Shown here: piece after piece, positions 29,101-37,399 of the stretch
Numbering within the stretch: the stretch's first letter is position 1
Layout of the letters: every line of letters begins with the position of its first letter
Assembly: GCA_963681965.1 (NCBI GenBank)
Contig: OY820579.1
Coordinates: 1,504,001 to 1,568,000 of the forward strand
Direction: 5' to 3'
Source: a bacterium
GTDB lineage: Bacteria; Electryoneota; JAOADG01
DNA length: 64,000 nt
Notes under the pieces: generated by a model
Told to the model about the DNA's origin: nothing
Seen by the model: the letters and a program-made list of their open reading frames with translations, nothing else
Database searches by the model: none
Translations under genes and position numbers: made by a program

Positions 29101-30471
29101 TGTGGTTGCGTGTTGTGTTACACCGAAATTGGATGGTTTCCAGCTTTGATTGGAATGACATTGAGTACACTGCGAACTTAGTTGTCCCTTGTGCTGGTCT
29201 TTATGGCATCCCAGGCATTCACGTTGCTGTGCGGTAAACGCAAACCGGTTGTCTTTATGGCAATCGTTACAGGCGAGGGTTGCATGTTTCCCGGCTAATC
29301 GAAAATGCGACGTGTCATGCTGCGTTTGGGTAAATGTCGAGGGTTTGAAGTGATCGACCGTATGACAAATCTGGCAATTCGTCGATAATTGACCTTTGTG
29401 TTGATCTTGATGACAACTGTTGCACTTCTTTTGATCGGATGTGAATTTGAATCGGTTTTCCTTATGACATTTATTGCACGCTTGATCCAGATGTTTTCCT
29501 GCCAGTTGAAAACCGGTCTGATTGTGTTTAACGGTAGTATAAAGCGATGGAATAAATTTTGTCTCGTTGTGACACGTCTTGCAGTCGTTGCCGAGCTGTC
29601 CTTGGTGACGGTCGGTATGACAAGCCACGCAGGAACGCTGATTGAGAACTGGTTTTAGTTTTGGATTATGACAGGCATCGCAACGTAGTAGCGCGTGTGC
29701 TTCATTTAACGTAAAACCGGTTTTTGTGTGATCGAAACCGGCTAACTTATTCCATCCACCGGGAGAGTGGCATTCAGTGCAATTTTGGTTGAATTTTCCT
29801 TTATGTGGATCGTTGTGACAAGACCGGCAGTCCTTGGATAGCGAATTCCACTTGTTTTCCTTATGGCATTGCGCGCAGGCAACTTCAACATGTTTTCCTG
29901 TTAATTTCCAGGAAGTCTTACTGTGATCAAATTGTGGCGCCGGAGTCTTCCAACCGAGATTGGAGTGACAATCGAGACATCCTCGTTTTAAATCAGAACC
30001 ATGTTGATCCTTATGACAACTCAGACATTCGGATTTTAAACCGGAATAGCTGTCTTTTTTCTTATGACATTCGGTACAATTCAGGGTTTGATGTTTTCCG
30101 TCTAATTTCCATCCGGTTTCTTCATGTTTAAATGCTTTGGGGTCCCATCGAATTAACCGTCCACTTACACCGATGTGTTCTTTATGACATGTTGCGCAAT
30201 TGCGCGATTGTTTGGCGTGGTATCCACGATTCTTGTCGATACTGGTTCGAATCCCATCATGGCAAGCAAGACAAAGATTCGTCGATATTCCTTGTTTCCC
30301 GGACCCTTCATGACATGCGACGCAATTATTGGAACCCTCCAGCGAGGAGTGAACTTTGGTCAACGGTCCCGGAGAAATAACACTGGCTACGCTGAGTTTT
30401 ATTGCTACTGCAGATAGCAGCAGTATAGCATAAAACAAGTATACCTTGGATCGGTGGAACGGAGGTTTCAT
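26173..30471 (-). CDS. Giant multiheme cytochrome c (56 CxxCH + 1 CX4CH)
   Basis: Hand count of heme motifs; signal peptide followed by 'ISPGPLTKVH'; repeated F-x-H...L-x-G-[KR]-H...CxxCH x3 modules. Confidence 0.95.
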   Translation of the reverse strand: MKPPFHRSKVYLFYAILLLSAVAIKLSVASVISPGPLTKVHSSLEGSNNCVACHEGSGKQGISTNLCLACHDGIRTSIDKNRGYHAKQSRNCATCHKEHIGVSGRLIRWDPKAFKHEETGWKLDGKHQTLNCTECHKKKDSYSGLKSECLSCHKDQHGSDLKRGCLDCHSNLGWKTPAPQFDHSKTSWKLTGKHVEVACAQCHKENKWNSLSKDCRSCHNDPHKGKFNQNCTECHSPGGWNKLAGFDHTKTGFTLNEAHALLRCDACHNPKLKPVLNQRSCVACHTDRHQGQLGNDCKTCHNETKFIPSLYTTVKHNQTGFQLAGKHLDQACNKCHKENRFKFTSDQKKCNSCHQDQHKGQLSTNCQICHTVDHFKPSTFTQTQHDTSHFRLAGKHATLACNDCHKDNRFAFTAQQRECLGCHKDQHKGQLSSQCTQCHSNQSWKPSNFGVTQHATTQFALIGKHATTNCTECHKDGKFKFAASELSCNNCHAKNDHHNGTFGKNCEQCHSPMGWKSGIVFNHRLTRFPLEGTHQSVDCKQCHSSGKYAGIPMECNRCHTDVHQGYLSQTCTDCHRPSRWNDLQFSHTRTNFPLQNKHQTTNCTECHKTQRFADASTECYSCHQKEYDRMTDPNHAAAGFAKTECVQCHRNGGPDWRAQNFSHTSYALVGKHSLAYTSCTQCHVNGHYSGTTRECNGCHSSDFTRAGAEHPAHLTYPRDCTTCHQQSASSWEQTTFTHTNFPLTGRHATQVTCTQCHLNNQYAGTPTDCYTCHWTRTQSDLWRLANGTNCGTCHNTGGWTQNVQFDHNTVAHYQLQGKHAQKLCIDCHTTRTPASDSRKTNCVGCHQTVYNSSANPNHQLAGFNTQCATCHSDADQTWFAANYAHTLFPLSGRHASPQPTACNSCHTTRYSGTSSDCYTCHTTEYDTTSNPTHRTNQTVYPTSQCGTCHTSGGQWSQANFNHTAVYPLTGRHATASCNDCHHGNYNTTSQVCYSCHRTEYDTTSNPSHSANPTIFPTAQCGTCHTSGGQWTQANFNHTTVYPLSGRHATATCNECHHGTYMNTPTNCYHCHTTEYDTTSNPSHSANPTIFPTAQCGTCHTSGGQWTQANFNHTTVYPLSGRHATAACNDCHHGTYSNTPTDCYRCHTTAYDTTSNPSHHANPTIFPTSQCGTCHPGRDAWRPATFNHSTVFALNGRHSTTTCVQCHVNNQYSNTPTDCFTCHWTRSQDDLWRRQIGDNCGNCHDPAATNGWTPTHGWTHTNDGVFGQGIHAQQTCVNCHQNRTITGATTDCRYCHSSSSSNYCQQPVYPANHTASPTVFGINCSPCHGVSNTTWQQGRLSSHSWFILTGDHNVSCDRCHPNTATYIQLDCITCHNGCTRLQNQHNGVSGFICNSNSCITTACHGRGGGGGRLLPQRGISPTAPKLPTGGTNK
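26940..27730 (-). repeat. Intragenic 225-bp (75-aa, tri-heme) tandem repeat, about 3.5 copies
   Basis: TGAAATTCGC anchor at 27141, 27366 and 27591 (period 225); near-identical peptides 'YDTTSNPSH.ANPTIFPT.QCGTCHTSGGQWTQANFNH'. Confidence 0.9.
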
Positions 30472-30803
30472 ATAACACCACGAGCTGATACTGGATTTAG
30501 GGATTTAAATGAATGATTATCGTACAAGTAACGAAAAGATCTTCCACTCTGCAACGATTTATGTGATGATTTTGAAATAGAATTCATATCATTTAACCGT
30601 GAATTCTACAAAACACATGTTAACAAGGTCGTCACTCGTTTTCCGATAGTAAAGAAGATTGAAAACTGTTACTTTGAATTTGGATTCGTAAAATGCGTGT
30701 TATTAATTGTTGATGTTTGTCACTTCAGAATGATGAAGAAATATATTGTATATATGTAATTAATTATTCAAAGTATAAATGAATATTTGATAGGGAACTG
30801 ATT

Positions 30804-31502
30804 ATGTCGAAATTCGGACTGCTTGGAACCGCTCACCATCGCGAACCGTGGGAACGCTTTCTTCATGAGTCACAAATTGAAACCGTTGCTATCGATCGTG
30901 CACCACTCCAATCGTTACACGAATTAGAAGTTGTGATTGTCGTCGATACCGATTTTCGATCATCGGTGTTACAAAAAATTTGGTTATTCGAAGCGCATAT
31001 GGATCCAACTGCACCAATCTTTGCGAATCTGGTTGCCAGCAATGCCGCACATCTTGCTGCACTCTGTACGAAGCATCCCGAACGTGTTCTGGGGTTTGCC
31101 TGTTGTCCGCCATTGGGTAAGTATGCCATCGAAATTTCTCGAACCGAATTGACAAGCGAGACGACTTTTCAAGCGGGTTTGAACTATCTGGAACAAATGC
31201 ATCTACCGATACATCTAGTTGCCGATCGTGCCGGAGGGATCTTTTCTCGAACCTTGGCAATGTTAATCAATGAAGCTTGTGTGATGTTACAGGAAGGAAT
31301 TGCAGATTCTGATAGCATCGATTGTGCAATTCGCCATGAATCCGATTTGCCGCATGGTGCACTGGATTGGGGTGAAGCGATCGGCTCCGCGTATCTTCTA
31401 GACGTACTGCAAGGTATTTTCGATGAGACTGGAGATAGTCGTTATCGACCGTCTGCCTACTTAAAGCGTTGTGTCGATCTGAATATATCGTTGAAGCATT
31501 GA
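30804..31502 (+). CDS. 3-hydroxyacyl-CoA dehydrogenase C-terminal-domain family protein
   Basis: 'VADRAGGIFSRTLAMLINEA...IDCAI...GALDWGEAIG...GDSRYRPS'; no GxGxxG motif. Confidence 0.75.
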   Translation: MSKFGLLGTAHHREPWERFLHESQIETVAIDRAPLQSLHELEVVIVVDTDFRSSVLQKIWLFEAHMDPTAPIFANLVASNAAHLAALCTKHPERVLGFACCPPLGKYAIEISRTELTSETTFQAGLNYLEQMHLPIHLVADRAGGIFSRTLAMLINEACVMLQEGIADSDSIDCAIRHESDLPHGALDWGEAIGSAYLLDVLQGIFDETGDSRYRPSAYLKRCVDLNISLKH

Positions 31503-31515
31503 GATTTTGGTAGGA

Positions 31516-32880
31516 TTAAATCGCAGATAAATCGTCAGAAGTCACTTCGGAACTAGGCTTATCCCACAAAATAGTTCCACATTTAAGGGCGATGATACGG
31601 TTACAGACTGTCATGAGTAATTCATGATCATGACCGGCGATCGCATACCCTCCCGGATGCTGTGCGAGTACTTTCGCAATTGCGAGACTTCCTGCCGGGT
31701 CCAGTGCTGCAGTCGGTTCATCCCACAGCAAAAAAGTATCTTCCGAATGAAGCGTTGCTGCCAATGCCACCCGACGTGCCTCGCCACCCGAAAGGGAATA
31801 GGGATCGCGATGCAGAAACTGTTCCGGTTCCAATCCAAATTTCAGTAGTCGCTCGCTGGCAATCTTTTCGCTTACGACGGGATCGGGTCCGCCGATCTCT
31901 TCCCGAACATTCATCGTCAGAAATGCTTGTTCCTGAAATTGGAAGGAGAGCGATGTGAGGGGAAATCCGGATGACTTGTCAATCCTGCCACGATCCGGTT
32001 TCAAGATACTTCCCAACAATGCGAGCAGCGTCGTTTTACCTGCGCCGTTATCGCCAATGATGCCGATCCGCTCGCCAGCGTTGATCGATAAAGCTGAGAT
32101 TGTTAGTCGCGGTCGCACTTCGCCTTTAACTTCGATATCAATCAACTCAATTCGTTCTGAGGATGATGAATTGGACTTCGCTATTGCTGTTATTTCGATG
32201 GACAGCGATGGCAATCCCCACTCTGCCCAAGTTGTCTCATCAGTTGGTAAGTCAATAGATGCGCCATTGAAAACAACTTTACCATCACGCAATACAACTG
32301 TGCGGGGAAACTTGTTTGCTTCTGCGCGTTGCGGTGTAATCCATAGGACGCCACAATTACTCAAAAGAGCATCGGATAATAATACTGCCCGGCGACTGGG
32401 GGATAGATACATGGCTGGTTCGTCGTAGATTAGTAATTTTGGCGACAGCAAGCGTAACGCTTCGCCAACCACGCTTTGTAACTCACCACCGGAGAGTTTT
32501 GTTAACTCCCGCTCACCTGATAATGCCAATGATTGAATCGATTTATCGATTTTGTTTGCTACCAATTTGCGATCTGTCGACTGTAAATCGAGACCGAATC
32601 GTAATTCTTCTTCAACGGTAGTACCTAGTGTCTGTAACGAGGGATTTTGCATCAACAGTTGCACTTCCGCTGGTTCAGGGATTTTGTTCCAGCGAACGTA
32701 TCCGGTCGTCGGTGATAGGACCCCGGCGAGCAGCAGCGCCACTGTCGTTTTTCCGCTACCATTTGCTCCTAATAGCGCTACCTTTTCGCCTGGTGCGAGT
32801 GCAAGGGTGACATCGTCTAGCCCCGCTGTACCGTTGGGGAGTATGTATCGAACAGATTGCAGTTCGACGTAGGGTACCAT
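31516..32880 (-). CDS. ECF-type (EcfA/CbiO) tandem ABC ATPase
   Basis: Two Walker A motifs (GANGSGKT, GDNGAGKT); 'QNP..Q..GTTVEEELRFG'; 'RDPYSLSGGEARRVALA'. Confidence 0.85.
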   Translation of the reverse strand: MVPYVELQSVRYILPNGTAGLDDVTLALAPGEKVALLGANGSGKTTVALLLAGVLSPTTGYVRWNKIPEPAEVQLLMQNPSLQTLGTTVEEELRFGLDLQSTDRKLVANKIDKSIQSLALSGERELTKLSGGELQSVVGEALRLLSPKLLIYDEPAMYLSPSRRAVLLSDALLSNCGVLWITPQRAEANKFPRTVVLRDGKVVFNGASIDLPTDETTWAEWGLPSLSIEITAIAKSNSSSSERIELIDIEVKGEVRPRLTISALSINAGERIGIIGDNGAGKTTLLALLGSILKPDRGRIDKSSGFPLTSLSFQFQEQAFLTMNVREEIGGPDPVVSEKIASERLLKFGLEPEQFLHRDPYSLSGGEARRVALAATLHSEDTFLLWDEPTAALDPAGSLAIAKVLAQHPGGYAIAGHDHELLMTVCNRIIALKCGTILWDKPSSEVTSDDLSAI

Positions 32881-32923
32881 TATCGGTTCGAGTAATTCGA
32901 TGGGGAGGTGAGTGAGTAGATCA

Positions 32924-34204
32924 TCATTTCTTCAAAAGAGCTTCGATCCACTGCACAACTCGTTCAGTGGCACCAGCCTCTTCGGCAATAATTTTCAAGG
33001 ATGCGTCGGCAGCTCGTTTGCGAGATTCGGGATCGATCAACCACTGCTTGAGCATCTCTTTCCATTCGGAAGCATCGCGATCGACTACTATGCCGCCGCC
33101 ACAATCGGCAAACAGGCGTGCTTCGCGCGACATCGTGATATTGGGTCCGTATAATAGTGGTACTCCGAAGACCGCCGGTTCGAGCACGCTGTGAACGCCA
33201 GCACCGAAACCACCGCCGACCCAAGCAATCGCCGCGCCGCGATAAATCGACGACAATACCCCTTGTACATCGACCAGGAGTGCATCGGCATCGTTCAATT
33301 GCGAAAGACCATTTGAATAGCGGACGACATTGAAACCTGAGTTCTGTAATCGCTGTTCGGCACCCAGGATATGTTCTTCATCGCTTTCGTGTGGTACTGC
33401 GATCAGTCGGAAAGGAATCTTCGCTTCGCGATAAGTTTCAAGAGCTGAGCAAAGCAACGTTTCGTCCGGTGTCCAACCACTTCCGAGTACAATTGTCGGA
33501 GCTACTTCGCACCATTTTCGCAATGACGGGTCGCGCGCATCGGCTTTTGCTGCAGCCGCTCGAACACGGTCGTAACGGGTATCGCCAGTAATACGGATTT
33601 CCGTGCGATGACCGATCAAAATGCGAAATCGTGCAGCATCTTCTTTGGCAATCGCGCCGATACCACTGAGCGAACCGAGTAACGAACGTTGGAATGATCG
33701 CGCGATGGCAATATTGCGACGTGAATCGGTACGGAAATTTCCGCTCTGCAAGATGACCGGAATCTTCCGGTCGCGCGCTTGCCAAACAAATTCCGGCCAG
33801 ATATCGTGTTTGGTGATCACAACGGCGAGTGGTTTTGCAGCATCGTAAAACCGTTTAACATCTTTGTGCAAATCGATCGGTGCCCAATACCACGGAAACC
33901 GCGTATTCCCGGTGTTGCTCCGGCGACGGTAAAGCGAGGGTGAACCGACCGTTAGAATTACCGGAAATCCTAATTCTTGCATTCGCTCCATCACCGGACG
34001 CGCGGCTTCGAATTCACCGACCGAGGCGCAATGGAACACGATACCATTCTGGGGAATATCTTTCCATGTTTCGTTGCGACGACCGCTGATTGCTTCTTCC
34101 AATTTTCGATCGAAATGCGAACCGAATTTGGCGGCGCCAAACAGAATAGGACCGAGGATGCGCCAAAGCGAGCGCCAAGCGGGATGTGGTGCGTGTCCGA
34201 TCAT
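32924..34204 (-). CDS. waaA: 3-deoxy-D-manno-octulosonic acid (Kdo) transferase
   Basis: 'FHCASVGE', 'DIWPE', 'TGDTRYD', 'VGGGFGAGVHSVLEPA.FG.P'. Confidence 0.9.
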   Translation of the reverse strand: MIGHAPHPAWRSLWRILGPILFGAAKFGSHFDRKLEEAISGRRNETWKDIPQNGIVFHCASVGEFEAARPVMERMQELGFPVILTVGSPSLYRRRSNTGNTRFPWYWAPIDLHKDVKRFYDAAKPLAVVITKHDIWPEFVWQARDRKIPVILQSGNFRTDSRRNIAIARSFQRSLLGSLSGIGAIAKEDAARFRILIGHRTEIRITGDTRYDRVRAAAAKADARDPSLRKWCEVAPTIVLGSGWTPDETLLCSALETYREAKIPFRLIAVPHESDEEHILGAEQRLQNSGFNVVRYSNGLSQLNDADALLVDVQGVLSSIYRGAAIAWVGGGFGAGVHSVLEPAVFGVPLLYGPNITMSREARLFADCGGGIVVDRDASEWKEMLKQWLIDPESRKRAADASLKIIAEEAGATERVVQWIEALLKK

Positions 34205-35205
34205 GGTTCCTGTAACATTGTTGATAACTGGTTATAAACCATCTCTACGCTAATTTCCTTCATGCAGCGATGATGCCCCAATGGACAGAATTTACCGCCA
34301 TGTGCAGAACAGGGACGACACCACAAATTGCGCTCCATCACGATTATCCGAGAACGAAACGGTGCAAATCCAAAAGCCGGAATGGTCGGACCGAATAGCG
34401 CAATACCCGGTCGATTGGTGCCTGCCGCGATATGCATTGCCGCCGAATCGTTACTGACTATCGCGCGGCAGTGCGAGATCTCGCTGATCAACTCATCGAT
34501 CGATAACAGTTTCTTTGGAATGAAATCGGCATCCGAACCAGCACGTTCCTGTTGAATCCGCTTTCTGGCTTCGGCTTCTTCCGGTCCGAGTATCCAGAAG
34601 ATGCCATATCCTTTCATTGAAAGCAATCGTGCCAATTCTAACCAGCGATCCAACTGCCACTGTTTGGTATAATGCTTCGATCCCGGTGCCAGTCCGATAT
34701 ATTCGCGATCAATTGGTAGGAGTCGTTCGGTTTTATTCTCGGAAAGTACCGGTATTTCCAAACCGCGACTATCGTCGACCACACCCCACGATTCAGCAGC
34801 ACGTAAATACCGCAATGGAACCGGTGGTTCATTATCCAGCCAATGCCCTTTGAAGAGAATCTGCAGTGTTCGCTGCCATCGTGGTGGTGCTGCTTCCGCT
34901 TTATTCGGTGCCGGAATGCCGCGCGCCAATTGCCGCGAGCGACGCGAGGCTTGAAGATCGAGAACGTACTCAACATGTCCGTAAGAATCAACCCGGTCGA
35001 TCGGTAGATCTTCGTGTTTCTTCCATGCAATGATAACATCGAGCAGATTGCTCGAATGCCAGATTGGCGCATTTTCCGCTTTCGTCACCCACATGATGCG
35101 ATGATTCGGAAACCGGTTGCGCAATCCGCGAAACACCGGACCCAGCAACAGGCAATCGCCTAGCGATGAGAATCGGATCACGACGACGATTGGCAGCGGT
35201 GGCAT
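34201..35205 (-). CDS. GT9 lipopolysaccharide heptosyltransferase (WaaF-like)
   Basis: 'IRFSSLGD', 'APGSKHYTKQW', 'SNDSAAMHIAA', 'LFGPT', 'CRPCS.HG...CPLGHHRCM'. Confidence 0.9.
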   Translation of the reverse strand: MPPLPIVVVIRFSSLGDCLLLGPVFRGLRNRFPNHRIMWVTKAENAPIWHSSNLLDVIIAWKKHEDLPIDRVDSYGHVEYVLDLQASRRSRQLARGIPAPNKAEAAPPRWQRTLQILFKGHWLDNEPPVPLRYLRAAESWGVVDDSRGLEIPVLSENKTERLLPIDREYIGLAPGSKHYTKQWQLDRWLELARLLSMKGYGIFWILGPEEAEARKRIQQERAGSDADFIPKKLLSIDELISEISHCRAIVSNDSAAMHIAAGTNRPGIALFGPTIPAFGFAPFRSRIIVMERNLWCRPCSAHGGKFCPLGHHRCMKEISVEMVYNQLSTMLQEP

Positions 35206-35210
35206 TGGAA

Positions 35211-36200
35211 TTAGTACTCGCGGGTTACGACAAATTGCACGAACTGGGACAGGCGGTCGCGAGCCGGTCCGGCAGGGGCATTGGTTTCAAGGATGTGTTG
35301 TGCTTGGTTGGCGTAATCATCGGCGCGTTTTTGTGCCGCATCGATCCCGCCATGATCGGTGACGAAGGCGACAATATCCTTAATGTCGCGTCGTTTCAAA
35401 CCGCCGCGAATCCGCCCGACGATGCCGCTAGCATTCGTCTCGCCGGCATTCTGCAAGGCATAGATCAACGGTAGTGTGATCTTCGAATCTTTGATGTCAC
35501 CAGCAGTCGGTTTACCGAGTAGACCGCTGCGACCGGAATAGTCGAGAATATCGTCGCGGATCTGGAAGGCGATTCCCAGCGCTTCGCCGAATGCTTTCCA
35601 CTGCTCCAGCGGTACATCGGGTCCCGATGTGGTCAATACACCGAGTCGGATGGCACCGGAGATCAGTGCGGCGGTCTTGTCGGAAATCATCTCGATGTAT
35701 TCGGCTTCGGAACCGTTCAGGTCGCGTGCTATCGCTGCTTCGTGCAGTTGCCCTTTCGCCATTCGTTTCGCGATTTCAGACAACACCGCCAATGCTTCCT
35801 GACGATGGAGTTCGATGGTGGCGGCAAGCGATCGTGCCAGTAGAAAATCGCCGAACAACACGCTGATCTTATTGCCCCAAACCGCTTTCAGCGAAGCGAA
35901 GCCGCGCCGGGTATCGCTGTTGTCGACGACATCGTCGTGAATCAGGGTCGCGCTGTGCAGCAATTCCATTACCAGCGCCGATTGAATCGTCGAGGCACTC
36001 GGTTCGCCATATACTTTTGCCGAAAGGAAGCAGATTAACGGTCGCAGCCCTTTACCGCGTTGATCGGTAAGATAGCCGATCATTTTGTCGATCAGCGGAA
36101 TTGAACTGGTGAGTGCGTCTTTCCAGCCGGCTTCGAATTCGATAAACTCGTTGGTACATTCGGCGCGAAACGCTTCCAATTGCTGTTTAGTATCGGACAT
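35211..36200 (-). CDS. Polyprenyl diphosphate synthase (IspB/HepT type)
   Basis: 'GKGLRP', 'LIHDDVVD...RRG', 'AFQIRDDILD', 'GKP..GDI...KITLP'. Confidence 0.93.
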   Translation of the reverse strand: MSDTKQQLEAFRAECTNEFIEFEAGWKDALTSSIPLIDKMIGYLTDQRGKGLRPLICFLSAKVYGEPSASTIQSALVMELLHSATLIHDDVVDNSDTRRGFASLKAVWGNKISVLFGDFLLARSLAATIELHRQEALAVLSEIAKRMAKGQLHEAAIARDLNGSEAEYIEMISDKTAALISGAIRLGVLTTSGPDVPLEQWKAFGEALGIAFQIRDDILDYSGRSGLLGKPTAGDIKDSKITLPLIYALQNAGETNASGIVGRIRGGLKRRDIKDIVAFVTDHGGIDAAQKRADDYANQAQHILETNAPAGPARDRLSQFVQFVVTREY

Positions 36201-36206
36201 CTTCGA

Positions 36207-36689
36207 CTAATCTTCCGGGTAATTGCCGTGACGTGCCGCTTTGACGGCTCGATCCAGCGTACGTACTTCTTCCCGTTCGGCGATTGCGGCGCGCTTATCG
36301 TGTTGCTTCTTGCCGGTGGCAATCCCGATTTCGACTTTTACCAGACCATTTTTCAGATAGACCGAGAGCGGTACGAGAGTCGCCCCTTTTTCGTCGACTT
36401 GGCGTTGGAGTTTGTTCAATTCGGAACGGTTCAGCAACAATTTCCGGGGGCGTACCGGTGGGTGATTGGAGTAACCACCGTTGTCGTACGGAGAAATATG
36501 GACGCCGACTAGCCACAGTTCATCTTTGATGAACCGGGCGAAGCTGTCGCGCAGTTGAACACGACCATTCCGGGCGCTTTTCGCTTCGGATCCGGTCAGA
36601 ACGACACCGGCTTCCCACCGGGCACCGATGGAAAAGTCGTGAAATGCCTTCTTGTTTTGCGCTAAAATGCGATTTTCGGTACTGTCCAT
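36207..36689 (-). CDS. smpB: SsrA-binding protein
   Basis: 'NKKAFHDF', 'EAGVVLTGSEAKS', 'RKLLLNRSE', 'GKKQHDKR'. Confidence 0.97.
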   Translation of the reverse strand: MDSTENRILAQNKKAFHDFSIGARWEAGVVLTGSEAKSARNGRVQLRDSFARFIKDELWLVGVHISPYDNGGYSNHPPVRPRKLLLNRSELNKLQRQVDEKGATLVPLSVYLKNGLVKVEIGIATGKKQHDKRAAIAEREEVRTLDRAVKAARHGNYPED

Positions 36690-36905
36690 AACTCAGTAAA
36701 GTAAGATCTCTCTCGGTTTCCCGCAAATTGGGGGTATATGGTGGAGAATAATGCTTTGTTCTTGGTGCTTGGACAAGATACAAGCTGGACGGTGGGGTGT
36801 AGACGAAAAATTCGGAAGTACTGTATTGCAGTTTGTAAATTTTGCCTTTTTTTCTGGTGGTGCTTTGAGTTTGCACATTGTGTTGGCACTTTGTGGTGGT
36901 ACATT

Positions 36906-37399
36906 GTGGTGGCGCAGGCCTCCGATCCTGCGTTTTGTTATCTTTTTTGTCTTTCTGCCCAACTCCGATTGGGCATTTTCAATCTTTCCGCAGTACTTCC
37001 CAACTCCGATTGGGAGAATCCCTTCTTTTCCGTAGGTCAGAACTTGTTCTGACCACCGTTTGTTTCTTGTATTCTGTAGTAGGGGCGCCTCCCCGCGGGC
37101 GCCCATCTTTTTTTTATCTTTTCCTAATCCCCATCTCTACCACCCAACACCTATTTTTGATTTGTCGTTGCGAGGAACGACACGAAGCGTCGGACGTGGC
37201 TATCTTGCTTTTGGTAGGGGCGGTTCGCGAACCGCCCGTGTCTGATCTAGATAAACGATCGTAATCGGATTCACACTTAAAATAATACTGTTATATCCCG
37301 AACAAATAATTAAATTTGTGCTACCTTCAGGCGATACGGGCGGTTCGCGAACCGCCCCTACCAAAAAATATGCGGGCGGGCGTGGGAGCCCGCCCCTAC
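36906..37399. repeat. Intergenic cluster of REP-type palindromes, including a perfect 31-bp inverted pair
   Basis: Palindromic units at about 36906, 36958, 36999, 37032, 37079, 37163, 37214, 37338 and 37374; 37209-37239 is the exact reverse complement of 37336-37366. Confidence 0.85.

Noticed and set aside
36520-37264. Several overlapping 80-137 aa ORFs upstream of smpB
   Set aside because: They run through REP palindromes and low-complexity DNA on both strands with no recognisable motifs.
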